From positions 129,084,001 through 129,148,000 of the forward strand of contig OX597818.1 of NCBI GenBank assembly GCA_951406725.2: DNA of 64,000 nt, written 5' to 3'. Every line of letters begins with the position of its first letter. Position 1 is the first letter of the stretch. A model generated the notes under the pieces. That model was not told where the DNA came from. It did not search any database and saw only the letters and a program-made list of their open reading frames with translations. Made by a program: the position numbers and the translations under genes. Shown in pieces: positions 43,018-56,980 of this stretch. The stretch is from Octopus vulgaris. Taxonomy: Eukaryota.

Positions 43018-43064
43018 AAACGATTTCTGTTCAATCTGCATTCAGCTCCATTTCTTCAATTCAC

Positions 43065-43170
<106 letters not shown>

Positions 43171-44304
43171 TATATAACCATATATAGATATGTATATATA
43201 TTGGGTTTGGTGTGTGATTGTGAATTTATCTATCTATCCTTTCCCCATCTTTATTATTCTTTTTCCTCTTTCTTGATTGTCCTGAAACCTCTCTCTCTGT
43301 CTATTTGCCCCACCCCTCTTTGCTTTTCTCCCTCCACCCCAAAAAAAAAGAAACAATAGCAATATTCTCCTTTTCTAAACAAAGCAAAAAAGTATCTGAT
43401 TCACATAAATGAACAACAAAACTCTGAGTGCCTGCTTTTTCTCAATATATATATATATATATATATATTTTTTTATATATACATATATATATATACATAT
43501 ATATATACATATATGTGTGTGTGTATGTGTGTGTGTGTGTGTTTGTGTGTCTGTGTGTGTGTGTATATATATATATATATACATACACACTCACACATAT
43601 GTATACTCCTATATATACATAAACATGCATCTCTCTCCCTCTCTCTCTCTCTCTACCTATCTATCAATATATGAATGTATGTATATATTTGTATGTATTT
43701 ATTAACATGCCTTTTCTATTATAGCATGGTATTGTCAAGAGTTATTTAAGGCAAGATTTTACATCTGGATGCTCTTCCTGTTCCCAACACTAACCTGTGT
43801 TCAGTCCTCCACAAAAATACAAAAGCAACTGCTCATAGTGTTGACATCAGCATTTCTTCATTCAAATTGACAAGTATGCATTGTTAGCATTCATGAACCT
43901 TTGCACATACATATACATGCAAACATGCACACACACATTTACATGAACAAACGTATGGATATAAATATCTATGTATAGGTGTCTACGCACTCATACTTGC
44001 ATATAGAGATATATATGTATCTATGAACATGTATGTATACATACACAGATGCATGCTTATACACATATACATGCAAATATACATACAAGGCACTTAATGC
44101 TAGTCTGATTAAGTGCCTTGCCAACATATTTTGCCACTCATATTGCATAAGTTTTCACATGGAATCATCTTCATTAAGACATGTGGTCTAGTGGTTAGGG
44201 GTGCTGTACTCACAATTATGAGATTGCGGTTTCAATTCTCAGACTGGCTGTGTATTGTGCCCTTGAGTGAATCACTTCATTTTACATTGCTGTAGTCCAT
44301 AGGC

Positions 44305-44463
44305 ACGAATATGGCAGCATGGTAAGAAGCTTGCTTCCCAACCACATGGTTCTGGGTTCAATCCCACTCTGTTGCATTTTGGTCAAGTGTCTTCTACTAT
44401 AGCCTTTGGCTGACCAAAGCCTTGAGAGTGGATTTGGTGGGCGGAAGCTGAAAAAAGCCTATC

Positions 44464-44494
<31 letters not shown>

Positions 44495-44604
44495 TGTATG
44501 TATGTATGTATGTATGTATGTATGTATGTATGTATGTATGTATGTATGTATGTATGTATGTATGTATGTATGTATGTATGTATGTATGTATGTATGTGTG
44601 TGTG

Positions 44605-44645
<41 letters not shown>

Positions 44646-44820
44646 ATGTCTTTGTGTCAGTGTTTGTCCCTCACCACTGCTTGACAATCAGTATTGGTGG
44701 GTTTATGTCCCTGTAACTTAGCAGTTCGATAGTGCTGGAGTTGATACATTTGACTAAAAATCTCTTCAAGGCAGTGCCCCAGTATGGCTGTAGTCTAATG
44801 ACTAAAACATGCAAAAGATT
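44305..44820 (+). mobile_element. SINE family A, older copy with expanded (TATG)n
   Basis: Head, body and tail recognisable. Confidence 0.8.
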
Positions 44821-45267
44821 TAATGTAATTAGAAACAGAGTGATACAGAAACAATTGTAACAAATATTCATGTTGTGCTTGCTTAAGATAATCTTTGCCT
44901 TCTTACTTATATTAATACATTACCCTTTTGCACATTAGATTAGCACACTGGGTTTACCTGAGAGATAGGTGGAGTTCCTGCACCACTGGACTTCGAGTAT
45001 TTTCAAAGATCCAGTAAAAGGATCAAGAGAGCCAGAAGTTCATGCTGAGTGCTGCTCTGGGAATACACTGATGTCCTGTTAGGACCTACACTACGGAAAA
45101 TTATGCATAGAGAGGCATGAGTGCATGTGTGCACACAAATGCACATGCAAACTCACACATATGCACACGCACACACACACACACACGTAAATACATATAT
45201 GTGTGTATCTATCTATCTATATATATATATGTGTGTGTGTGTGTGTGCGTGTGTGTGCGTGTGTGTA

Positions 45268-45300
<33 letters not shown>

Positions 45301-45340
45301 GCATATATGAAAATGAGATGACATATACATATGGACGTAT

Positions 45341-45385
<45 letters not shown>

Positions 45386-45532
45386 CAGACACACACACAC
45401 ATATATATATATATACACCCACACACACATACACACCTACTGATCTATACATATATATAAAAAATAAGTATTGATTCATATATATATATATATAGTCAAA
45501 AATTGTGAAGCATGACTGTCAACACTACTACA

Positions 45533-45577
45533 TGAACCCGAAGATTGCAGAATTCAATGCATGAAAGTACTAGTTCA
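45533..45577 (+). ncRNA. Minimal HHR motif (family H10), U4C core
   Basis: UGAAC CCGAAGA UUGCA-GAAUUCAA-UGCAU GAAA GUAC UA/GUUCA; palindromic AGUACU. Confidence 0.72.
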
Positions 45578-45739
45578 ACCAGAATGAATATTTAACATTC
45601 TACTATTTCATTTTATTTTATTCAATTATAATATATTATCTTATAATATATCATTATAAGATTGTAAATAAAACGTGAAAATCAGACAAGGTTGGAATTC
45701 TTTTTATTAATATATTCTTCTATACACAATCACACACAC

Positions 45740-45796
<57 letters not shown>

Positions 45797-45870
45797 TATA
45801 TATATTCGGCATGATAGATCGCTAGCCACTACACATTCTTTATTTTCTCTCCTTGTTTCTTTCTGTGTTC

Positions 45871-45906
45871 CTTTCTGAGGAAGAGCATAGGCTCGAAGCG
45901 TTAAAG
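45871..45906 (+). ncRNA. Minimal HHR motif, family H7
   Basis: CUUU CUGAGGA A GAGC-AUAG-GCUC GAAG CG UU/AAAG, within a repeat at about 45806-45997. Confidence 0.7.
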
Positions 45907-46240
45907 ACTTTTTCACTTCTCGAGCGTTATACTAATACATCTGTTTGTTGTCTACACCACCTGTCTTCATCTTTTGTTTTTTTTGTGAATTCTCCCTATA
46001 TATACACATGCATGTATGTGATTGTGTGTGTGGTTGTGTGTGTGCATGTATATATAAATATATAAAGGGGAGAGAGAGAGATAGACATGTATATACATGT
46101 ATGTGTGTGTAAAGATATATGTAAAGATGTGTGTATATAGGGAAGATGTATGAGGTTCGGACCCCTTCTATTCACATCACTTGATAATTGTAAATAAGTG
46201 TCACCATCATATGAATGGTGTCCTTCATTTCACATACATC

Positions 46241-46655
46241 TTCTCTTTACTCTCTTTTACTCTTTTACTTGTTTCAGTCATTTGACTGCGGCCATGCTGG
46301 AGCACCACCTTAAGTCGAGCAAATCGACCCTGGGACTTATTCTTTTGTAAGCCCAGTACTTATTCTATCGGTCTCTTTTGCCAAACTGCTAAGTGACGGG
46401 GACGTAAACACACCAGCATCGGTTGTCAAGCAATGCTAGGGGGACAAACACAGACACACAAATACACACACATATATATATATATACATATACACGACGG
46501 GCTTCTTTCAGTTTCCATCTACCAAATCCATTCACAAGGCTTTGGTTGGCCCGAGGCTATAGTAGAAGACACTTGCCCAAGATGCCACGCAGTGGGACTG
46601 AACCTGGTACCATGTGGATGGTAAGCAAGCTACTTACCACACAGCCACTCCTGTG
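46241..46655 (-). mobile_element. SINE family A, full length
   Basis: Reverse complement of the consensus. Confidence 0.9.
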
Positions 46656-46989
46656 CCTTCTGTGAACATTTGTTGGAAACAGGCAACAGTTGGTGATATA
46701 TTGATACCTTACATATTATCAACATATTTTTCCTACTGTGCACACACACACACACACGCACACACATTGGGATGTTATTATCATATTTCCTTTCATGTGC
46801 TACTTGCATTGTTTATGTCTCTTACATAATTTCATACATAAAAAAAATTGCTTCAATAAATTCTGGCTGACCCATGGAGACACAGAAAAGGAGATGTTAA
46901 AACAAGGATGATGTTGATGATAGGAACATACAGTAACATTCATAAAATAGAACAATCTTTTATGCAACGAGAAATAGTTTGTCTGAGCA

Positions 46990-47028
<39 letters not shown>

Positions 47029-47200
47029 ACGTGAACACATGTATGAGTATGTCCACAAACATATGCATGCACAAACATGTATATCTTTGTATATATATGG
47101 GCAGATATACATGTATATACACACAAATTCTTATACTTATCTATCTCGCTATCAACAAAAATGTATATATGTGTGTGTCTATATCTAACTATCTATCTAA

Positions 47201-47287
<87 letters not shown>

Positions 47288-47307
47288 TATATGTATGTAT
47301 ATATGTA

Positions 47308-47356
<49 letters not shown>

Positions 47357-47358
<2 letters not shown>

Positions 47359-47589
47359 CGGAGTAAACACATAAATGTGAAACAAGGTGGAAAAAAGAGT
47401 ACTCAAATACCAGTGGTAGAGTAATATGCTTTATTTTAAGCAGCAGAAAATTCAACAAAATCTGTTGTAACAGATACCAGTGGTAACAAATACCAGTGGT
47501 AGAGTAATATGCTTTATTTTAAGCAGCAGAAAATTCAACAAAATCTGAGTAACAGATTTTGTTGAATTTTCTGCTGCTTTAAAATAAAG
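47357..47589 (-). mobile_element. Family H1 pLTR fragment, rearranged, HHR largely deleted
   Basis: Nearly identical to 1186-1295; internal duplication plus an inverted arm ending at aaataaag next to (TA)n. Confidence 0.75.
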
Positions 47590-47609
47590 TATATATATAT
47601 ATATATATA

Positions 47610-47839
47610 TTGGCTGAATGGTAAGAAGCTTGCTTCCCAACCACATAGTTCTGGGTTCAGTCCCACTGTGTGATACCTTGGGCAAGTGTCTTTTACTATA
47701 GCATTGGGCAGACCAAAGCCTTGTGAGTGGATTCGGTAGATTGAAACTAAAAAAAGCCTGTTGTATATATAAATATAGAATATATATAAATGCCTTGTGA
47801 GTGGATTTGGTAGACGGAAACTGAAAGAAGCCTGTCGTA

Positions 47840-47918
<79 letters not shown>

Positions 47919-48122
47919 CTGTGTTTGTCCCCCTAGCATTGCTTGACAACCGATGCTGGTGTGTTTACGTCCCCGTCACTTAGCGGTTCGGCAAAAAGAG
48001 ACCGATAGAATAAGTACTGGGCTTACAAAGAATAAGTCCTGGGGTCGATTTGCTCGACTAAAAGGTGGTGTTCCAGCATGGCCGCAGTCAAATGACTGAA
48101 ACAAGTAAAAGAGTAAAAGGAG
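47610..48122 (+). mobile_element. Two tandem partial SINE A copies
   Basis: Head 47610-47765; body and tail 47790-48122. Confidence 0.85.
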
Positions 48123-48134
48123 TATATATATATA

Positions 48135-48206
<72 letters not shown>

Positions 48207-48373
48207 TATATATATACATACATACATTTATATATATATTCATCTTATATATGGCTATTTATATATATATAAATATGGCTTTCTATATATATACATATAT
48301 TATATAGAGCTATTTATATATATATTTATCTATATCTACCTCTCTATTTCTCTCTCTCTATATCACTCTTCCT

Positions 48374-48405
<32 letters not shown>

Positions 48406-48907
48406 GTGTGTATATGCATATCTATGTATCTCTCTATATGTGCAGATCAGTCACTCTATTTATGCATGTCTTTATATATCAATGTTTGTGTGCATGTATG
48501 TGCATGTATGTGCATGTGTGTGTGTGAGTGAGAGAGAGAGAGAGTAAGAGGTAGAGAGAGCCAGAATACATTCACTGCATTATGCTGATTTACATATTTC
48601 AACCACCTTGCAAAAAATATTTGAAAAAATACAACAAAAGTCTTTAAGCGAATATATTAAAGAAAAAGCTGTTTAGAAGATGCAGAAATTTCGGGTAGAT
48701 TGGGGGTGGTTTGGATTGGCTCTCTTCCTACGCCATTGGTCTTGTTGCTAAAAGGTTAGAACTGGGTGTGACTGAAGGAGAAAGTTGGGAGGGAAAATTG
48801 AATAGATTAGAGTTAAAACGTTGATGAAGTGATATGAATGGCACTGTTGGTTGGGAATATATTTAAGGAAAGGTAATTATGTAGAGTGATATTTATACAT
48901 AGATACA

Positions 48908-48940
<33 letters not shown>

Positions 48941-49212
48941 GTATGTATGTGTATGTGTATATATATATATATATACATACACACACATATATATATATAT
49001 ATAGATATATAAATACCTATATAAACATACAAATATATGAATATACATACATACATACGTACATACATACATACATATACATATATATGTATGTTTATAT
49101 ATATATATATATATTTATTTATATATTTATATATATTGACACACCCACCTACACACACATACTTACAGATATAAATACCTATATAAACATACAAATATAT
49201 GAATATACATAC

Positions 49213-49266
<54 letters not shown>

Positions 49267-49426
49267 TGACACACCCATCTACACACACATACTTACAGAT
49301 ATAAATACCTATATAAACATACAAACAAATATATGAATATACATATATATATATTTGTATATACACATACACATGTATACTTTATATATATACATACATA
49401 CATATATATGTGCGTGTGTGTGTGTA

Positions 49427-49483
<57 letters not shown>

Positions 49484-49828
49484 GTATACATGCATATATC
49501 AATCATTAACAATTGAAGCAGTATTTATATGACATCTTTATATCCAACTTAATGCAGTTTTATGACATTCTTAATGTATGACATGCTTATGGTATATCCA
49601 CGGTCAGTTTGGTATTAAGATTGCTGGAGACATAGATACACACACAGACACACATGCATGCACACTCACATATGCATGCACAAATACACATAGGTACACA
49701 CATGTATTGTATATACACATGAATACGTGTGTGCGACACTTGGGCAAGTCTCTTTTACTATAACCTTGGGCTGACCAAAGCTTTGTAAGTGGATTTGCTA
49801 GATGGAAACTGAAAGACGTCCAAAGTAC

Positions 49829-49902
<74 letters not shown>

Positions 49903-51452
49903 GTACATATGTATGTATATATATATGTATATATGTATGTGTATATGCATATATATATACATACATATGTACATATACATATATATATATGTATGTGTAT
50001 ATACATATATATATACATATATATATATGTGTGTGCATGTCTTTGTGTCTGTTTGTCAACCTCCCCCCCCTATTCACTGCTTGACCACCAGCATCGGTGT
50101 GTTTATGTTCCAGTAACTTAGGGGTTTGGTAAAAGAGACCAAAGGAACAAGTTGTAGGCTTAAAAAAAAAACAAAGAAAAAGATTTGTTAAAAAAAAAAA
50201 AACCCTTTGAGACAGTGCTCCAGTATGGCTACTGTCAAATGACTGAAACACATAAAAGAAAAACATAAAAGAACACACACACACATTCATAAATTCACAC
50301 ACACACACACACAAATATATATTCACAAATACACATACATGGTGCATAAAGAGGGTTATAATCCAAGCTGCACCCTTGTAATGTGCAACTGCATTGTCTG
50401 TTTCTTCAAGACTCTTTGTACATATTATAAGTGTGTGAGACATGCACAAAAATTGAAAAATAAGGGAAGATAGTATTTGAATATTTTCGTATTATTTATT
50501 TACAAATACATGCATTTCATTTGCTAATATAAGTTACAAAATTGTACACTTAAGAAAAATTTGTATCTCCTATTAGAAATTCTTCAGACAGCATATCAAA
50601 TAATTATTTTGATTCTCTGCCTGAAGAATTTCAAATAGGAGATATCCTACATGCTTTTCCTATACAGTTTTGTAACTCCTATTAGCATGTGAAACAAGTG
50701 TAATGGTGAATAAATAATAATACCTAAAATATTTCTACAAATCTTCTGTTTTGATGCACATACATCTATACATAAATACAAACACACACACATATATATA
50801 TATATAGAGAGAGGGAGTGTGTGTATGTGAGAGAGAGAGTATTTAAATATTTGACAAAATTATCTTAATATTGTTCAGTTATAGCTTTGATAATTCTGAG
50901 TTCAATTCCTGCCTGAATTCATTTAAAGATTTGAACCAAATAAATAAGTGAATATATAAAAATAAAGTGAAGTTGAGTCAATTGAATATATTCTCTACTC
51001 CCTAATGCATGGTCTTTACCTACTATTACTATGCTCTGAGTTCAAATTATGCTGAAGTTGACTTTGCCTTTCGTCCTTTTGGGGTTGATAAATTAAGTAT
51101 CAGCGAAGCACTCAGGGTTGATGTAATCAACCTACCTCCTACCCCAAATTTCAGGCCTTGTGCCTAAAGTAGAAAGATTTATTATTAAAAAAGAAAATAA
51201 AAAAAAAATAAGGTGGTGAACAGGCAGAATCGTTAGCACATCAGGCGAAATGCTTAGCAGTATTTTGTCTGTTGCTACGTTCTGAGTTCAAATTCCGTTT
51301 AGGTTGACTCTGCCTTTCATCCTTTCGGGGTCAATAAATTAGGTACCAGTTGAGTACTGGGGTCGATGTAATCAACTAACACCCTCACCCAAAATTCTGG
51401 CCTTGTGCCTTTAGTAGAAAGGATTATTATTATTATCATTATTATTATTATT

Positions 51453-51660
51453 CGCAATGGCCTAGTGGTTAGGGCAGCGGACTCGCGGTCGCAGGATCGC
51501 GGTTTCGATTCTCAGACCGGGCGTTGTGTGTGTTTATTGAGCGAAAACACCTAAAAGCTCTACGAGGCTCCGGCAGGGGGTGGTGATCCCTGCTGTACTC
51601 TTTCACCACAATGGCGGTGCCCCAGCATGGCCACAGCTCAAGAGCTGAAACTGGAAAAAC
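51453..51660 (+). mobile_element. tRNA-derived SINE
   Basis: tggcctagtggttagggcagcggactcgcggtcgcaggatcgcggtttcgattctc (A and B boxes) followed by non-tRNA body and A-rich tail. Confidence 0.75.
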
Positions 51661-52094
51661 AAAAAAACAAAAAAAAACATTATTGTTAATGTTATAAAGG
51701 TCATGGATAGTAGGATGAATAGAAGACTGATTATAATGTTTTGTGGTGTCCAGTTATATCCCATCACATTCTGAGTTCAAATCCCACCTGAGTCAGTCAG
51801 TTCTCCATCTGTTCAGGGTTAATGAAATAATCATCGCTCAAAATACTAAGGTCTATTTAACGGAGATGCTGTACATCATCTGATTCTCCCCTTTCCCAAA
51901 CTTTATCTCTTGCAAACAACAAATCAGTGTTGTTCCTGTTATTAGTAACTTCTTTAAGGTAGCAAGCTAGCAGCATCATTAGCACATCAGGCTAAATGCT
52001 TAATAGTGTTTCTTCCAGCTTTTTATGCTCTGCGTTCAAATTTTCCTGAGGTCAATTATACTTTTCATCCTTTCTGGGTCAATAAAATAAGTAC

Positions 52095-52326
52095 CTATTT
52101 CTTTACTACCCACAAGGGGCTAAACATAAAGTGGACAAACAAGGACAGACAAAGGGAATAAGTCGATTATATCGACCCCAGTGCGTAACTGGTACTTAAT
52201 TTATCGACCCCGAAAGGATGAAAGGCAAAGTTGATCTCAGCGAAATTTGAACTCAGAACGTAACGGCAGACGAAATACGGCTACGCATTTCGTCCGGCGT
52301 GCTAACGTTTCTGCCAGCTCGCCGCC
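52095..52326 (-). mobile_element. SINE family B, full length, nested in an older family B relative
   Basis: TSD ataaaataagtacc on both sides. Confidence 0.88.
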
Positions 52327-52660
52327 TTTGATAAAATAAGTACCAACTGAACACTGGGGTTGATGTGATTGATGAAAGAATTATTAGTAGCTTCATGGAA
52401 TTCTAAAGTGAAGGATGGCATTTGGTAGAAGAAACAGAAAACTGAACAAAATGCCTTACAGCTGTTTATTGTTGCCCTTGTACATTCTAATGGATATCCA
52501 GCCCAGTTTAACATGCCTTTCATCTTTCTGGAACTCACTAAGGCAACACCAATCATATACTTGGGTTGATTCACTTAAACTAAGCCCCTCTCTTATTAAT
52601 TTATGGCTTTTGGTATAAAGAGAAATCATTGGGAATTGTTTTCAGTTAGAAAGAAATTCT

Positions 52661-52830
52661 AGGCGCAGGAGTAGCTGTGTGGTAAGTAGTTTGCTTACCA
52701 ACCACATGGTCCCGGGTTCAGTCCCTCTGTGTGGCACCTTGGGCAAGTGTCTTCTACTATAGCCTCGGGCCGACCAAAGCCTTGTGAGTGGATTTGGTAG
52801 ACGGAAACTGAAAGAAGCCCGTCGTATATT

Positions 52831-52871
<41 letters not shown>

Positions 52872-53090
52872 GCGTGTATGTTTGTCTGCGTTTGTCCCCC
52901 TAGCATTGCTTGCCAACCGATGCTGGTGTGTTTATGACCCGTCACTTAGCGGTTCGGCCAAAGAGACCGATAGAATAAGTACTGGGCTTACAAAGAATAA
53001 GTCCCGGGGTCGAGTTGCTTGACTAAAGGCGGTGCTCCAGCATGGCCGCAGTCAAATGACTGAATCAAGTAAAAGAGTAAAAGAGAGAGT
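52661..53090 (+). mobile_element. SINE family A, full length
   Basis: aggcgcaggagtagctgtgtgg...ggttcagtccc...gtaaaagagtaaaagag. Confidence 0.92.
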
Positions 53091-53847
53091 AATTGTTTTC
53101 AGTTATTTACATTATTTTTGTCGCTGTGTTAGGTCACAGAAGGCATCAAACTAACAGAATTGTCTGAGTGTTGGAAAAAATACCTTGTGGTATTTATGGG
53201 TTCCAGCACTTTATGTTCTGAGTTCAAATCCCACCAAGGTCAACTTTACTTTTCATCTCACTGGGGTCAGGTTGTGTGGCTAAGAAGTTTGTTTTGGAAT
53301 CACACATGTTTAGGTTCAGTTCTACCGTCCAAGGTCTGGATGCCTTGCAGCTGCCATTACTGAGGAAATCATTGATTGTATTCACCTCACAGTGATGGAT
53401 AACAGACAACTGATTGTGTAAACCAAATAGCCAATGCTATTAGCATATCTCATGAGAGAGTTGAGAATATTCTGCACAATGAACTTGGCATGATGATTTC
53501 TGCTTGGTGGGTGCTAGGTCTTCTGATACCTGATCAAAAATGTACCAGGCTGATCACATCAAGTGAAAATCTGGCATTGTCTGAGGAGAATACTATGCCA
53601 ACTTGCTGAAGCTGTTATGAAACGAAATCAAGACCAACTGTCCAGGAAAACTGACAAAAGGGGTCTTGTTTCATCAGGGCAAAACTCCAGCCCTTTCAAG
53701 GGCTGCTGTGCTTGATTGTGGCTTTGAACTGGTTGATCACAGTTCTTATACTCCTGATTTGACTCCATATGACTATGATCTGTTCCCCAACAGTGAAAAC
53801 ACTTGGCTGGGAGGCAGTGTCACAGCGATGATGATATTATGTCTGCT

Positions 53848-54107
53848 ATTTACATTAGACGGATATTTGTCCTCATCTTGTTTGTTGTTAACACAACATT
53901 TCGGCTGATATACCCTCCAGCCTTCTTCAGGAGTCTTGCGGAAATTTTGAACCTGAGTTCTCATTCCTAAGATATTTTTCGAAGACACCTGAAGAAGGCT
54001 GGAGGGTATACCAGCCGAAATGTTGTATTAACAACAAACAAGATGAGGACAAATATCCGTCGAATGTAAATAATGTACATAATTCCTCATCTCTTAAATA
54101 TAGAACT
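53848..54107 (+). mobile_element. Penelope-like fold-back insertion (family H11) with 14-bp TSD
   Basis: Arms about 53847-53937 and 53982-54072, 35-bp tail, TSD atattatgtctgct (53834-53847) / atatcatgtctgct (54108-54121). Confidence 0.85.
53984..54029 (+). ncRNA. Minimal type I HHR; second copy at 53890-53935 (-)
   Basis: GACAC CUGAAGA A GGCUG-GAGGGUAUAC-CAGCC GAAA UG UU/GUAUU; the other arm ends GUGUU, giving a full stem I. Confidence 0.8.
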
Positions 54108-54292
54108 ATATCATGTCTGCTGTTGATGACTTTTTTTGACCAACAAGGTGAAAGCTTCTTCATCAATGGGATCCAAGCATTGCAACACCGATGGAAGTGT
54201 GTGGAGCTCAAGAGAAACTATGTTGAAAATAAACCTCATTTGGTCTTATTCTTTGTCAGTCTATGAACATTTCTGCCAACCCTTATACATCT

Positions 54293-54495
54293 ATTCTTTT
54301 ACTCTTTTACTTGTTTCAGTTATTTGAGTGCGGCCATGCTGGAGCACCGCCTTCAATCGAGCAACTCGACCCCGGGACTTATTCCTTTGTAAGCCAAGTA
54401 CTTATTCTATCGGTCTCTTTTGCCGAACCGCTAAGTAACGGGGACATAAACACACCAGCATCGGTTGTCAAGCAATGCTAGGGGGACAAACACAG

Positions 54496-54545
<50 letters not shown>

Positions 54546-54707
54546 GATGGGCTTCTTTCAGTTTCCGTCTACAAATCCACTCACAAGGCTTTGGTCGGCC
54601 CGGGGCTATAGTTGAAGACACTTGCCCAAGGTGCCACGCAGTGGGACTGAACCCGGAACCATGTGGTTGGTAAACGAGCTACTTACCACACAGCCACTCC
54701 TGCGCCT
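54293..54707 (-). mobile_element. SINE family A, full length
   Basis: Reverse complement of the consensus. Confidence 0.9.
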
Positions 54708-55166
54708 ATATTTATACTCACATAAGTATGTACATATATAGGAGAACTATAGTAAGGATAAATTTTGTTATGATTATTCTGAGTTCAAATCTGGCTGAGA
54801 TCAAATTTACCTTGCAACTCTCTGTAGTTGATAAAATAAAGTACTTCTCAAGTACTAGGGCTAATATAATCAGTTGCTCTCCTCCTTTAAAATTTGTTGG
54901 TCTTGTGCCTAAATTAGAAATAGAAATAATAATAATAATAATAATAATCCTTTCTACTAAAGGCACAAAACCTGAAATTTTGAGGGGAAAGGACTAGTTG
55001 ATCACATCGACCCCTAGTGTTTCACTGGTACTTAATTTATCGACCCCCGAAAGGATGAAAGGTAAAGTCGACCTCAGCAGAATTTGAACTCAGAACATAA
55101 AGATGGACAAAATGTTGTTAATTATTTTGCCCAGCATGTTAACAATTCTGCCAGCTTACTGCCTTG

Positions 55167-55233
<67 letters not shown>

Positions 55234-55234
<1 letters not shown>

Positions 55235-56086
55235 TTACCCTTCATGGTAAATACTGGACTAAACTAAACGCAAAAGAAATAGACAAAGAAAAATCCCAGC
55301 AATGGTTGAGAAACTCAGGACTCAAAGCAGAAACAGAGGGATTTTTAATTGCAGCACAAGACCAAAGCCTCCCCACCAGAAATTACCAAAAACATGTAAT
55401 GAAAAGAAATATTACAAGTAACTGCAGAATATGTGGAGATGGACAAGAAACAATAAATCATATTATCTCTAGCTGCCCAGTCCTGGCTAAGAAGGAATAT
55501 ATTCACAGACATGACAGAGTTGGAACCTACATACATTGGAAGCTATGCCAACATTATGGAATAACAACAGAAAAAAGATGGTATAGGCACACACCAGAAA
55601 AGGTCACAGAAAACGAGAAAGCAACCATACTCTGGGATATGCCAATACACACAGATAGAGAAATTAAGGCCAACAGACCAGATATAGTTGTCAGAGATCA
55701 TGAAGAAAAAAAATGCTTCCTAATTGATGTATCAATACCGGCTGATGACAACGTGTCTCTAAAAGAAATGGAGAAACTCTCAAAATACAAAGACCTGGAA
55801 ATAGAGGTAACTAGAATGTGGAATTTGAAAACAGACACAATTCCTATCATAGTAGGTGCATTAGGCATGATAAAAAAATATTCAGACAAATACATAACAA
55901 AAACACCAGGACTTACAAACACATATAACATACAGAAAATTGCACTACTAGGCACTGCACACATCCTACGCAGAACACTTTCCATACAATAACCATCAGA
56001 GCATCACAACAAATCACAGCACATACCCAAGGCAGACAGAGCTGCGCTCGGTAGTGAAGTGAAAGCACGCTATAAAAATAAAACTG

Positions 56087-56091
<5 letters not shown>
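55234..56091 (+). mobile_element. R4/Dong-type non-LTR retrotransposon, 5'-truncated, within (TAA)n
   Basis: Uninterrupted frame to 55992: CRIC...ETINHIISSC (CCHC), RHD, RPD...LIDV...EK..KY restriction-like endonuclease; about 100-bp 3' UTR with AATAAA; (TAA)n on both sides. Confidence 0.92.
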
Positions 56092-56154
<63 letters not shown>

Positions 56155-56569
56155 TGATGATGATGATAATAATAATAGCTCAGATTCATGTAAAAGGCAC
56201 CCAGTACACTCTGTAATGTGGTTGGCATTAGGAAGGGCATCAAGTCATAGAAACCATGCTAAAATAGACAATTGGAGCCTAACCAGCTCTCTGGCTGGCC
56301 AGTTCCTGCCAAACTGTCCAACCCATGCCAGCATGTAAAACAGACGTTAAATGATGATGATGATGATGATGATGATGACTATGATCATGATGAATGGCTA
56401 TTATTATTATTATCATTATCCCTCAAATCATGTCCTACTGTCTTAAGAAAAAGGCAAGGACACATTTCACTATATACTGCAAGATATAAAGAGATGGGGT
56501 GGTCACAGCTGGAATGCAGTTGATTGCAGGTCTCTTCAGTCAAGGATGATCTGAAACTAAGCAACATTA

Positions 56570-56980
56570 GCAGCAGCAGTGCTGCTGTCACTGTTGCCTA
56601 CACCACCACTACCGTCGTCGCCACCACCACCACCACCACCACCACCGCCAGCACCAGCAGCAGCACGACCAGCACCACCACCGCCACCACAACCAGCACC
56701 AGCACCACCACCAGCACCAGCACCCCCAGCACCAGCACCAGCACCAACACCACCAGCAGCAGCACCACCACCACCGTCGCCACCACCACCACTACCAGCA
56801 CCACCACCAGCACCAGCACCACCACCACAACCACCACCACCACTACCACCACCACCAGCAGCAGAAACAGCAGCACCAGCACCACCACCACCACCAGCAG
56901 CAGCAGCACCACCACCACCACCGCCACCAAAACCAGCACCAGCACCAGCACCACCACCACTGCCGTCACCACCACCACAT
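56570..56980. repeat. (ACC)n/(AGC)n compound microsatellite
   Basis: Directly visible; explains the Pro/Ala/Thr/Gly-rich ORFs. Confidence 0.95.

Larger units (their letters stand above)
53345..54285 (+). mobile_element. Internally deleted mariner, same family as 2981-4020, split by an HHR-bearing insertion
   Basis: FELVDHSSYTPDLTPYDYDLFPN; nucleotide similarity to the reverse complement of 2981-4020. Confidence 0.8.

Noticed and set aside
51453-51530. tRNA gene
   Set aside because: A and B boxes are present but there is no acceptor stem or T-run terminator; it continues into a SINE body
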